Positions 41,453-53,800 of a stretch of 64,000 bases of DNA are shown here, piece by piece. Source of the DNA: a virus (Duplodnaviria; Caudoviricetes); the IMG/VR virus record IMGVR_UViG_3300035497_000412; one strand, 5' to 3'. Numbering within the stretch: the stretch's first letter is position 1; each line of letters begins with the position of its first letter. Position numbers and translations under genes: made by a program. Under the pieces are notes generated by a model that made no database searches, was not told the origin of the DNA, and was given only the letters and a program-made list of their open reading frames with translations.

Positions 41453-42448
41453 ATGGCAATTGATTTGAAAAAAATTTCTCCGCACGCTGTTTCAAAGGAT
41501 TTGTCAGGATATATTACTTATATTTATGGGGCAGAAAAGACAGGCAAGACCACTTTTGCATCACAAATGCCCAGTCCGCTAATTCTTGCATTCGAGAAAG
41601 GATATAATGCGCTACCTGGTGTAATGGCACAGGATGTTACCACTTGGGGAGAAATGAAGCAAGTTCTACGTCAGCTAAAAGACGAAGAAGTTAAAGGAAT
41701 GTTTAAGTCTATCATTATTGATACTATTGATATTGCTGGTGGATTGTGTGAACGATATATTTGTTCTCAAGCTGGTGTTGATTCTATCGGTGATATTCCT
41801 TATGGTCAAGGATGGACAAGAGTGAAGAAAGAATTTGAAGATACTTGTCGTACTATTACTCAACTTGGATATGCTTTGATGTTTATTTCTCATTCTAAAG
41901 ATAAAACTTTTAAGACGAAAAATGGTGTTGAATATAACCAAGTTGTTCCTACTTGCTCTTCTTCTTTTAATAATATCGCAAAAGACATGGCGGACATTTA
42001 CGCTTATGCAGAGAAATATACCGGCGAGAATGGTGAGGGTAAAGTCAGATTGGTAATGCGCTCTCCTGATAATAGCGCAGAGACAGGTTGTCGATTTAAA
42101 TACATTAAGCCTATTATTGAAGATTTTAGCTACGATAGTGTTGTCCAAGCTTTGAACGAAGCCATTGATAAAGAAGCTGCATTAAATGGTGGTCGATATA
42201 TCACAAATGCTCGTGAAAATACTGTCACTAAAGCTGAATATGATTATGATGCTTTGATGAAAGAGTTCCAAGAGTTAGTTGGTACACTTATGAATGAAAA
42301 TCCTACCTATTATAGTCCTAGAATTACTCAGATTGTTGATAAATATTTGGGCAAGGGAAAGAAGATTTCTGATGCTACGATTGACCAGGCTGAATTAATC
42401 AGTCTTGTAGTGACTGAAATTAAAGATGAGCTTGTTAATAAAAAGTAA
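41453..42448 (+). CDS. Sak4-like AAA_24 recombinase/ATPase
   Basis: YGAEKTGKTT, IIIDTID, YG.GW, FISH. Confidence 0.75.
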   Translation: MAIDLKKISPHAVSKDLSGYITYIYGAEKTGKTTFASQMPSPLILAFEKGYNALPGVMAQDVTTWGEMKQVLRQLKDEEVKGMFKSIIIDTIDIAGGLCERYICSQAGVDSIGDIPYGQGWTRVKKEFEDTCRTITQLGYALMFISHSKDKTFKTKNGVEYNQVVPTCSSSFNNIAKDMADIYAYAEKYTGENGEGKVRLVMRSPDNSAETGCRFKYIKPIIEDFSYDSVVQALNEAIDKEAALNGGRYITNARENTVTKAEYDYDALMKEFQELVGTLMNENPTYYSPRITQIVDKYLGKGKKISDATIDQAELISLVVTEIKDELVNKK

Positions 42449-42549
42449 ATATTAATATTAGTCAAGCCGAAGTTAATAAGCTTCGGCTTGACTTTTTATA
42501 AAAAATATGTTATAATATTTATAGAAAACAATGAAAGGAGGAAACTACG

Positions 42550-43206
42550 ATATCTCATATTGTAATATGTCCTTATTGTAAAGAAAAATTTGATAGGGAT
42601 AAAACTCAATACGCGCTTGTTGGCACTCGAAGATATGCTCATAGTGAATGTGCAGAAAAAGAAGCAAAAGAAAAAGGAATGTCAAAACCGCAAATTATTG
42701 ATCCAACAGATACAGTTCTTTGCGTATATTGCAAAAAACCTTTAAGCAAAAGTAGCGATGATTGCGTTAATGTTACTTCTAAATCATATGCTCATAAGCA
42801 TTGTGCAGAATTAGAAAGCCAACGAGAATTAACCGATTCAGAAAAGTTAGATAAGTATATTATGAAACTATTTGATGTAGAGTTTGTTCCTCCTTCTGTA
42901 AGAAAACAAATTAATAAATTTGTAGATGAATATAATTATACTTATTCTGGTATCCAAAAATCTTTAATTTATTTTTATGAAGTAAAGAAGAATTCAATTG
43001 AAAATGCGCGTGGCATGATTTCAATTGTGCCATATATATATCAAGACGCATATAGGTATTATTATTCATTATGGGAAGCTCGTCAAAAGAACGAGCGCAA
43101 GCAAATTAAAGACTATATTCCAGAAGTAAAAGAAATTATAATTCCAGTTCCCCATACAGAAACTAAAAGAAGAAAATTGTTTTCTTTTTTAGATGAAGAG
43201 GAGTGA
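42550..43206 (+). CDS. double Zn-finger protein upstream of the helicase (probable ATA start)
   Basis: Two CxxC...YAHxxC repeats; AAGGAGG RBS precedes ATA 42550. Confidence 0.6.
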   Translation: MSHIVICPYCKEKFDRDKTQYALVGTRRYAHSECAEKEAKEKGMSKPQIIDPTDTVLCVYCKKPLSKSSDDCVNVTSKSYAHKHCAELESQRELTDSEKLDKYIMKLFDVEFVPPSVRKQINKFVDEYNYTYSGIQKSLIYFYEVKKNSIENARGMISIVPYIYQDAYRYYYSLWEARQKNERKQIKDYIPEVKEIIIPVPHTETKRRKLFSFLDEEE

Positions 43207-43210
43207 ATAA

Positions 43211-45055
43211 ATGTCAAGTAAATTTGTTGATACAACTGCTATCCTCCAAATCATTGGGGGAGTATACAATAATCCACAACTTTTAGATTTTACTGATAAG
43301 TATACTATTACAGACGAGGATTTTCCTGATGAATTTCATCGAATTGCTTTTGGCGCTATTTATAAACTCCATGAACTGGGCGCAGAAAAAATTAATCTAA
43401 AAAGTATTTCAGATTTTTTATCCAGTAGGCCAAAAAGTGAAGCCGTTTTTAAGAAGCAAAAAGGTGAAGAATGGTTGCTTAAAGCTTCTGAAAATAGTAT
43501 GCCTAATGCTTTTGATTATTATTATGGACGTTTAAAGAAATTCTCTTTACTTAGAGCTTATGATAATTGTGGCATTAATGTTTCAGATATTTATGACCCA
43601 GATAATATCTTTGATTCTAAAAAGAAACAACAGCAAGAAGATATTTTAGACAATTCTTCATTGGAACAGTTGGCTGATAAAGTCGATGCTAAAATTGATT
43701 CCATTAGAATGAAATATGTTGAAGATGAATTTGGGGAAGCTTCTCAAGCCGGTGAAGGTATCACTGAATTAATTGATAAGTTTAAAGATACCCCAGAAGT
43801 AGGAGTTCCATTATATGGACCATTGGTCAATACGGTAACTCGAGGGGCAAGATTAAAAAAGTTGTATTTGCGGTCAGCCGCTACGGGTATTGGTAATTAA
43901 TTGCCGTGCTTAAATGAAATTTTAAGTATTATTATAGGAGAAAAAAGCTGGAAAGCTAAATCAGAAATGATATGCTAATCAGAGGTGAAGGTTAAGATTA
44001 AAAAACTAACCAGCCGCAACGCATAGAAGGTGAAACTCGAAAGAGAATATAATCCTTCCAAGAGGCTCCTACATAATAGTTTATAGAACTATTTGAGATA
44101 GATTAACCCACTATCAACACCTAACGTTAAACGAGGATGAAAAGATATGCTGAGCTTATAGGAAACTATAAGAAGTAAGAGATAAAAAGCTTTTACGATA
44201 ACAAAACTGAAAACCCGCAGTATGATCGCAGATTCCTGTTATATTGCTTGTGATAAAATTTATGATGAAGCTTTTGGCTGGATTAGTTGTGGAATTAGTC
44301 AGCCAACATTATTTATTGCAACAGAACAAGATTTAAGTGAAGTCCAAACTATGATGTTGGCTTTTGTAGCTAATGTTAATGAAGAGCATATTTTAAATGG
44401 TTCATATGAAGGCGACGAAGAAGAGCGTGTGCGGCAGGCCGCAAAAATTATTAAAGCAGCTCCTTTGTACGTTGAAGAATTGCCAGATTTTTCTCTTCAA
44501 GACGTCGAAAACAAAATTAAAAAGAATATTCGTGACCATGATATTAAGTATTGTTTTTATGATTACTTACATTCTAGTATGAAAATCCTTGAAGAAATTA
44601 CTAGGCGTAGTGGTGGAGTTAAATTAAGAGAAGATAATATTCTTTTTATGATTTCAGCTAAGCTAAAAGATATTTGTAATATTTATGGTATTTTTATTAT
44701 GACGGCAACTCAATTGAATGGAAGCTACGTTGATTCAGAAACGCCAGACCAGAACTTGCTTCGTGGCGCGAAGTCGATCGCCGATCGGGTAGACTGGGCA
44801 TCAATCCTCCTCGGAGTGACATCAAAAGACATTGAGTCACTTCAAACAATTCTTTCGGCAAATGTATTTGATCGTCCAACAATTAAGATGTCTGTCTATA
44901 AAAATAGACGTGGACGATATAAAGGCATATATTTATGGTGTAAAGCTGATTTAGGTACCTGCCGCATCCAACCTATGTTTTGCACAACATATGATTATGA
45001 ATTAGTCAGTATGAATGACGTAAAAATCATTGTAAAAGATGAATATGCTATTTAA
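43211..45055 (+). CDS. dnaB: replicative DNA helicase (intron 43895-44209)
   Basis: Spliced Walker A RSAATGIG|KTRSM; ATE, YDYLH, TQLN, KNRRG. Confidence 0.85.
43895..44209 (+). mobile_element. group I intron in the dnaB Walker A motif
   Basis: Follows U and ends in G; GCAACGCATA/GATATGCT P7 variant; removal restores the frame. Confidence 0.85.
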
Positions 45056-45260
45056 TTTAAAGGAGACAGTAAAATGATTAACAACAGTAAGATTTATAAC
45101 GGATATATCGAGTATAAGATGCCTGCGGCAATGGCTAAGGAGTATCTAAAGAACCGAAAGGGTGCTGACGCAAAGATGTCTCCTAATGATTATCTCTGCA
45201 AGGTCGTCAATGAAGGTTTTGGTCTGAAGGGCTATTGTGTAAGAGTTATTCAGTATTAAT

Positions 45261-46367
45261 ATGCTGGTCTTCGACAAAGATGAAGTTCGTAATGAGCTAA
45301 ATATTGAAGATATATATAATCTATTAATGGATTGGGGCGGAGAACCAGAATATACAAATTTTGGTATTATCTCCGCCACAATCTGTCACAACGACCCAGG
45401 AGTAGGAAGTAGAAAATTATATTATTACGATAACAGTAATCTTTTTTATTGTTATAGCGGATGCGAAGATCCTTGTTTTGATATATTCCAATTGGTCATT
45501 AAAGTAATGGAAATCCAAAAGCATCAGGTACTAAATTTAAATGATGCTATTAGATGGATTGCGCAAAAATTTAATATCTCTGGTAAATTAGAAGAGACTC
45601 CAGAAGTGGAAGAATTAGACGATTGGAAATATTTGTCAAATTATGACCGCATTCAAGATATTGAAATAGATACAAGTAGAGTTGTTTTAAAAGAATATGA
45701 TATTAAAATTTTATCTCGTTTTAATTACAAGGTCAAGATTGAACCTTGGTTAAAAGAAAATATTTCTCAAGACGTAATGGATAGGGCTTTCATTGGTTAT
45801 TATCCAGGTGGAGACCAAATTACCATTCCTCATTTTGATGTAGACGGACGTTTTATTGGGTTGCGCGGTCGCGCACTGTCCGCTGAGGACGCAGAAAAAT
45901 ATGGTAAGTATCGTCCACTAAAAATTAACCAACAATTATATTCTCATCCTCTTGGAATGAATCTATATGGTTTAAATTGGAATAAAGAACATATTAGAGT
46001 TATGAAAAAAGCTATTATAGTGGAGTCAGAAAAAAGTGTGTTAAAATTTGCCAGTTATTACGGTTGGGAAAATAATATTTGCGTAGCCTGTTGCGGCAGT
46101 ACAATTTCTTCTCATCAAATTCGTTTTCTTTTGGATTTGGGTGTAGAAGAAATTATAATAGGTTTTGATAAACAGTATAAAGAATTAAATACAGATGAAA
46201 GTAAAACTTGGAAAAATAAATTATTAAAAATTTATAATAAATATCATCAGTATTGCCTCATTTCTTTTATATGGGATAAAAAAAATCTACTTGGTTATAA
46301 AGATTCTCCTCTAGATAGAACTGCTGATATTTTTTTGCAGCTTTTTAAAGAGAGAATTGTATTATAA
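45261..46367 (+). CDS. DNA primase (Zn finger + TOPRIM)
   Basis: TICHN, CYSGC, ITIPH, GLRGR, VESEKS, GFD, KDSP.D. Confidence 0.75.
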   Translation: MLVFDKDEVRNELNIEDIYNLLMDWGGEPEYTNFGIISATICHNDPGVGSRKLYYYDNSNLFYCYSGCEDPCFDIFQLVIKVMEIQKHQVLNLNDAIRWIAQKFNISGKLEETPEVEELDDWKYLSNYDRIQDIEIDTSRVVLKEYDIKILSRFNYKVKIEPWLKENISQDVMDRAFIGYYPGGDQITIPHFDVDGRFIGLRGRALSAEDAEKYGKYRPLKINQQLYSHPLGMNLYGLNWNKEHIRVMKKAIIVESEKSVLKFASYYGWENNICVACCGSTISSHQIRFLLDLGVEEIIIGFDKQYKELNTDESKTWKNKLLKIYNKYHQYCLISFIWDKKNLLGYKDSPLDRTADIFLQLFKERIVL

Positions 46368-46393
46368 AATTTATAAAAGGAGTTTGATATCTT

Positions 46394-48157
46394 ATGGATT
46401 ATTAGCTGATAGTCTCTGACATTCCGCAGGCACAATCGCTATCTGCGGTTGAAAGAGTATTAACTAATAGAGGAATAAGCTTAAATAATGTGCATCATTA
46501 TTTAAATACGACTGATGATGATATTTTAAGCCCTTTGCTGCTTGACCATATGGAAGAAGGAGCAAAGATGTTGGTTAATCATATTTCTAATAATGATAAG
46601 ATTATGATTATAGTGGATAGTGATGCAGATGGATTCACTAGCTCAGCTATTCTTATCAATTATTTGCATTCTTTATTCCCTAGCTTTGTAGAAAATAATA
46701 TTTCTTATTATCTTCATTCTGGAAAACAACATGGATTGGATGATTGCGCCGACCGGTGTACCAACCGCAATGATATTAAATTGGTAATTGTTCCAGATGC
46801 TGGGAGTTCAGATATTAAAGAACACAAAAATTTGCATGATGCTGGTATTGATGTTTTAGTTCTAGATCACCATAATGCGGATGAGCAGTCTGCATATGCT
46901 TGCATTATTAATAATCAGACTTGTGATTATCCTACTAAATCCCTATCTGGCGCCGGAATTGTCTATAAGTTTTGTTCTTATCTTGACAGTTTATTAAATA
47001 TCCATCAAGCTGATAATTATTTAGATTTAACTGCTCTTGGAATGGTTGCTGATATGGTATCTTTACAAGATTTTGAAACTCGTAGATTAATCACCAAGGG
47101 AATTGAAAATATTCAGAATCCATTTTTCGCAGCAATGGTTGAAAAACAAGAATATTCACTAAAAGGAGAGGTAACTCCTTTTGGAATTTCTTTTTATATT
47201 GCACCTTTTATTAATGCTACTATCCGCATGGGAACGCAAGAAGAAAAAACTCTGTTATTTGAGTCCATGTTGGAGCATAAAGCATATCAGACAATCCCTT
47301 CGACTAAGAGAGGTTGTAAAGGTCAAATGGAAACTAAGGTGGAACAAGCTTGCCGCAATTGTACTAACATTAAAAATCGGCAGACTAAAGAAAGAGACAC
47401 TACATTAGAATTGGTTGAAGAAGTTATTGAAGAAAATAACTTGTTAGAAAATAAAGTTTTAATTATTCAATTGCCTTTTGTAACTAATAGAAATTTAACA
47501 GGCTTAATTGCCAATCAATTAATGTCGAAATACCAACGTCCTGTATTGCTTCTTAATAGAGTAAATAAAGATGACGGAAGCATATGTTGGGAAGGTTCTG
47601 GCAGAGGATGTAATAAATCTAAATTAAATGACTTTAGAGGATTTCTCTTAGACAGTGGTCTAACAGAATATTGTCAAGGGCATAATCAAGCATTTGGTTC
47701 TGGCATTTTGGATAATAATATTTCAACTTTAATTCAATATGCTAATAACGAGTTAAAAGACTTTGATTTTTCTCCTAGTTACAAAGTTGATTTTATTACA
47801 AATAGTTATGCTTTAAATCCAAATGATGTTATTGAATTAGCTAATCTAAATTATCTTTGGGGACAATCTGTAGAAGAGCCTTTAGTCGCAATTGAAGACA
47901 TTAAAGTAACTAAAGATATGGTTAAATTAATGTCTGCTGACAAAAATCCCACTATTAAAATTAGTCTTCCAAATGGAATCAGTATTATTAAGTTTAAAAG
48001 CAATAAAGAAGAATATGAAAATTTATTGAGCGAAATGGGTTGCGTAATTATCAACGTAGTTGGAAAATGTGAGAAGAACGTATGGAATGGAGAAGTCAAT
48101 CCTCAAATCTTAGTTGAAGATTATGAGATTGTTTCTAAGATTGGATACTATTTTTAA
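46394..48157 (+). CDS. recJ: RecJ-like DHH exonuclease (TAG=Gln at codon 4)
   Basis: DSDADG, HG, PDAG, LDHH, SGAG, ADM, GSGR, GH..AFG. Confidence 0.85.
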
Positions 48158-48899
48158 AAGTTTTAAACTTTTTATAATAACTATTCTTCTTTTATGCGTT
48201 ACGATTTTGCCAGTTTCAGCTTTAAATAATGATTTGATATTTACTTATAGCTTATTGCCGCAAGTAGAAACAACTGATCGCAGTGAACTAAAGAAGCTTA
48301 TAAATGAATGTCAAGACCAAATGGACAAAGCAGAAAATTTAAAGATTGTAATTAATGAATTAAATTATTCTAATAACCATTTAATTAGTATAATAGCTGA
48401 AAAAGAATATAATAAAGCTTATGAACGTTATTGCTATTATGAAAATGAATATAACAATATTGTTCAAAGTTTATATGACGCATATCCAGCCGCAAGTCAA
48501 ATTTGGCTCTATTTAAAAGAGTATGGCTATAATGACTATGTTTGCGCTGGGATTATGGGTAATATTATGGCTGAAGTTGGCGGCCAAACGCTTAATATAC
48601 AGTACACACTTAGCACAAATAATTATTATGGAATCTGTCAATGGAGTTCAAATTATTCTTCTGTTTGGGGCACTAGTCTTCAAACTCAATTAGACTTTTT
48701 AACGTCAACAGTTGAAAAAGAACTTAATACATATGGACGTTTATATTCTTCTGGATTTGATTATGACGATTTTATCAATTTAACAGATGAAAAAGCTGCG
48801 GCTTTGGCCTTTGCTAAATGCTATGAACGATGCGGCTCTGGAAGCTATTCCATAAGACAGCAAAACGCCACCGCAGCTTACAATTATTTTGTTGATTAA
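48114..48899 (+). CDS. secreted protein with a phage-tail-lysozyme-type domain
   Basis: Signal-like N-terminus; AGIMGNIMAE, YGICQW, QLDFL, FAKCYER. Confidence 0.7.
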   Translation: MKIMRLFLRLDTIFKSFKLFIITILLLCVTILPVSALNNDLIFTYSLLPQVETTDRSELKKLINECQDQMDKAENLKIVINELNYSNNHLISIIAEKEYNKAYERYCYYENEYNNIVQSLYDAYPAASQIWLYLKEYGYNDYVCAGIMGNIMAEVGGQTLNIQYTLSTNNYYGICQWSSNYSSVWGTSLQTQLDFLTSTVEKELNTYGRLYSSGFDYDDFINLTDEKAAALAFAKCYERCGSGSYSIRQQNATAAYNYFVD

Positions 48900-49310
48900 G
48901 CTCCGGGCGGGGACAGACGTTTTGCTCGACTTTCTAATTTAAAAAGCGTTTTAGAATTTTTCATATTGACTTTTCCATAAAAATTTGTTATAATATATAT
49001 AGAAAATAGAAAGGAATCAATATGATGAAGAAGACTCTAGAAAATCTGAATCCAGATCCTTTTTTAACCCAACTAAAAAAGAGCGCTGATTATATTAATC
49101 AGCGTAGAATCAATGGATATATTTATGAAATTTTATGCTTGAGATATAAAATTGCTAGAGATGCTCAAGCAAGATATGAAATAGATACTTGTTATGATGG
49201 TAATATAAAGAAAGCTTTAGCGGTTGCTAAAAAAGAGGAGCTGGATTTTTGTCAGATGTTGGATAAAGTAATGGGGCCGCATTATTTTTAAGGGGAGGAG
49301 GAAGTAAAGC

Positions 49311-50497
49311 TTGGTTCTTACTAATAAGCAAGAAGCGGGATTGAAAGAGATTGTAGCCAGATACAACGCAGGAGAAAAATATACTGTTGTATCTGGCTAC
49401 GCCTGAAATCCGGCGTAGGAAAATCAACATTGGTAAAATTTGCCATTGAAGCACTTGATGCTTCTTCAAAGGCTGTGGCTTTTTGTGCCTACACCGGCAA
49501 AGCCGCAGAAGTCTTGCGAAAGAAAGGCAATAAAGGAGCAATGACACTTCATAGACTTCTTTATGATAGCTATCCTCGTAAAGGCGGAGGTTTTTATAGA
49601 AAACCGAAACCTAAATTAGAGTATAATATAGTGGTCGTTGATGAAGCATCAATGATTCCTAAAACTATGATAGATCTTTTACTCTCTCATAAAATTTATG
49701 TAATTTTTTTAGGTGATCCTTTCCAATTGGATGTTATAAATAAGGAAGAGGCCCATGATTTACTTGACCATCCCCATGTTTTTCTAGATGAAGTTATGCG
49801 TCAAGCTGCTGAATCAGAAATTATTCGCATGACCATGAAAATTCGTAATATGGAAAATATTCCATATCAAAATGGTTCAGAGGTAATGGTTATGCGCAAG
49901 TCTCAATTAGTTGATGGCTGTTACACTTGGGCAGATCAGATTCTTTGTGCTACCAACAGAAAAAGAAAAGAAATTAATGATTATGTGCGGCAGATGCTTG
50001 GTTTTAGCGGGCTACCACAAGAGGGCGACCGCATGATTTGCCTAAGAAACTACTGGGATGAATGCGCTTCTAATGGTGATGCCCTTGTTAATGGTTCTAC
50101 TGGAATTATTCATCAGCCGATGGAGGGAGAAGTGCGAGTCCCCCGCTGGTTACAAATAGAAAATAATGCTCTTCAAACTATTGACTGTTCTTTTGAAACA
50201 GAAGAGGGGTCTTACTTTGGAGGTATCCGTATGGATAGGTGCATGATTGAGACTGGTGAAAAATGCGTTGATTGGAGAACTTCTTACAGATTAGGCCAAT
50301 TGAAAAGCAGAATTGGAGATATTGTCCCAAGAGAATTTGATTTTGGTTATGCTGTTACAACATGGAAAGCGCAGGGTTCAGAATGGCCAAAAGTTCTAGT
50401 TATAGAAGAAAACTTCCCTTTTGACAAAATGGAACACGCACGATTTTTATATACTAGTTGTACAAGAGCTAGTGAAAAATTAGTACTAGTGAGGTAA
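49311..50497 (+). CDS. RecD/Dda-like SF1B helicase with an 8-nt out-of-frame insertion at 49404-49411
   Basis: LT.KQ; SGYA|GVGKST restored by skipping 8 nt; TGKAA, DEASM, GD..QL, RQ, KAQGSEW, YT..TRA. Confidence 0.8.
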
Positions 50498-50854
50498 AAT
50501 ATGGAATATAATTATTATTGGTACCATCATATGATTGATGACGCTTATCGTGAAAATGTCCAAAACGCAATTGACAATCATGATTTTGAAACATTCATCT
50601 ATTGGTATAAAAAGTTGAATAGTAAGGGAATTCTGGAAGGATACATTGATTCAGAATTTAATTGTTTTATTCCTCTTATTTATTTGCCTGATAGTATTTA
50701 TGTACCAGAACAAAATGATTATATTTCGGTATTAGATAGAAATAATTTCAATAAAATTACATTTAGTGAATCCGAATGCGGATGAATTGATTTTTCTTAA
50801 AAAATATGGTATAATATAGTATATTATATAAGAAGGGGGATGGTTAGTAATATT

Positions 50855-53800
50855 ATGAAGAGTAAAACTTTCCCAGGAAGTCTTCATAATCATTAGTGGA
50901 GTATACCCAATACAGTAACACAAGACTTCGTGATTGTATTATTAAAGAAAATGATTTAATCGATTATGCGATTGAATTAGGACATGAAGTGGTAGCTATT
51001 ACCGACCATGAATGTATTAGTAATGCCATTAAAGTCCAAAAGTATTATAACAAAATTAAAAAAAACCATCCTAATTTTAAAGTAATTTTAGGTAATGAGA
51101 TTTATCTTTGTCGTAATGGTTTAACAAAAGACAATTTTATTAAAGGGCAAGACAAGTTTTGGCACTTTATTCTCTTGGCGAAAGATGCTATTGGTCATCA
51201 ACAAATTAGAGAAATTTCTACAAGAGCATGGTATCGTTCATGGATGACAGGTAAAATGCGGCGAGTGCCAACTTACTATCAAGACATTAAAGAAATTATT
51301 GGCGCCAATCCGGGCCATGTGATTGGGTCAACGGCCTGCCTGGGCAGCTTTTTATCCTCTTTAGTCCTGCAATATGAATCTTCTGACCAAAAAGAAGAAT
51401 ATTTAAATCAGATTCGTTATTGGGTTGAAGGTATGGAAAAATTCTTCGAAAAAGGGAATTTCTTCTTTGAACTTCAGCCCTCTGCTTCAAAAGAACAAAC
51501 TTATGTAAATCAGTTTTTAGTTTCTCTTTCTTCTGAAATGAATATTCCATATATTATTACAACAGACAGTCATTATCTTACTAAAAAAGATAGACCTATT
51601 CATAAAGCTTATTTAAATGCACAAGAAGGTGAGCGTGAAGTTGACAGCTTTTATGCCACCACTTATATGATGAATACAGAGGAGTTAGAGAGTTATTTAG
51701 ACTTAAATGAAGAGCAATTAGAAATAGCATATCAAAATATTAGAAAAATTAAAGATATGTGTTCTGATTACGATTTGCAAAAACCATTAAGAATCCCAGA
51801 ATTAACATGGAAAAAGCCAAAAAATTTGGTTAATCCTGAACAATATTATAGTCAGATTCCCTATCTAAAAGCTTTTATCAATTCAGACTACAATGGAGAT
51901 AAAATACTTGCACAGCATATTGTAGACAGACTTTTTTGGGATGAAACGCTTCAAAATCAAAAGACTTACGAAGCAGTAGATGAATGTCTTAAAATGACCT
52001 GGGAATCTTCTCTTGTCAATAAAACGCATTGGAGTGCTTATTATTTAAATCTACAAAAAATTATTGATACAGTGTGGGATGCAGGGAGTTTAGTTGGTCC
52101 GGGTAGAGGTTCTGGTGTTGGGTTAAAAGTTAGGCTCAACTAAAAATTCGTGAACTATATTGCTTATAGGTGTCTAGTATAAAATACTAGGCTAACGGTT
52201 CAGAAGGTAGTAATACCATTATGAGTAAGGGAACCTAAGTCTTTTTTACTAAAAAGATAAGGAAATACCGTGTCAAGTTTGTTTAATAAAGGTTCATCCT
52301 TTTTTATATATAATAGGAAGATTAGTAATAATTAACTTAATTTATATATAAAAAAAGGAGAAGATAAAGTGGGTTTTATTTATAAAGCAACAAATAATAT
52401 AAATAAAAAAGTCTATATTGGAAAGACCACAAGAACCCTTAAAGATAGAAAAAAGGAACATATTAGTCACGCCAAATCAGAAGATTATTATTTTCATAAC
52501 GCTTTAAGAAAATATGGTGCTGAGAATTTTACTTGGGAAATAATAGAAGAGGTAGAACTAGATAAAATAAACGAACGAGAATGTTATTGGATTGAATATT
52601 ATAAAAGCTATAAAGATAAAAGTAAAGGATATAATTTAACTCCTGGCGGTGAAGGATTTAAATTATCAGAAGAAACCAAAAGGAAAATATCTGCGGCTAA
52701 CGCCGGTAAAGTAAGGACTCCTGAAATGAGACAGCATTTAAGTGAAGTTAAAAAAGCGTTACATTTTAGGCATACAGAAGAAACAAAGAAAAAAATGAGT
52801 GCAGCAAGAAGAGGAAGAAAGCTTTCTCCTGAAACAATAGAAAAATTAAAACAAATAGAAAGAACTTCAGAATGGAGAGAAAAAATTAGTAAAGCACTTA
52901 AAGGAAGAACTTACTCGGAGGAGACAAAAATAAAAATGAGTGAAGCCGCAAAAGACCATTTTACTTTTTATACTTCTAACGATTTAATTTTTCATACTTG
53001 GGGAGAAATTTTCCGGTATCTTAAAGATAATAATCTAATAACTACCGATGATATTGCGGTTTGTAGAAATTGTATTAGACCAGCAATAGATAATCTAGAA
53101 CTTGTTCGTTACGGAATGAAATGGAAAACTTCAATTTTTACAGAGGAAGAAAAAATTATTGCTCCTAGAAAATGTTCTGAAAAAACCAAGAAAAAAATTG
53201 GTGCAGCAAATAGCAATAAAAACGAAATTGTTATGATGATTCGATTTGACGGAGATAAACAAGAATTTGCTTCAAGAAGAGAAGCTTATGACTATTGTAT
53301 TAAACAAAAATACATTCCTAATACACAAGTTTATTCAAAATTTTCTTCAAAAATAGGAGAAGCTTCAAAAACAGGCAATAAATTTAAGGGAATGAACTGG
53401 ATTATTAAACAAAAAGATGTAGAGACTATCGAAAAGTAAAAAAAATTTTTTACCGAGTAGAGTAGGGCGGAAGATAAGCTACCGTTCGAAGTGCGAATTG
53501 CTTATATGTTAAGTAAAGAGATAGTCCATACTATATAGAAATATATAATAAATAGTTATACTTTTATATATCCTCGATATTACACAAATAAATCCCTTGC
53601 GGGAAACTACTAAGACATATAGCTGGAGATTTCTTAATCCCAGTCGTGTATCTGTGTTGGATTAATATAAAATTTTAAAAAGAAATTTTAATAGTCCCCT
53701 TACATTGGAAGATGTAAAGGAAAAACTCTGAATATCAGGGAAAGCCCTTAGAGCTTTTATTACCAAGCGTTAATGAAAATGAAACGTGGCTGAAGTAATT

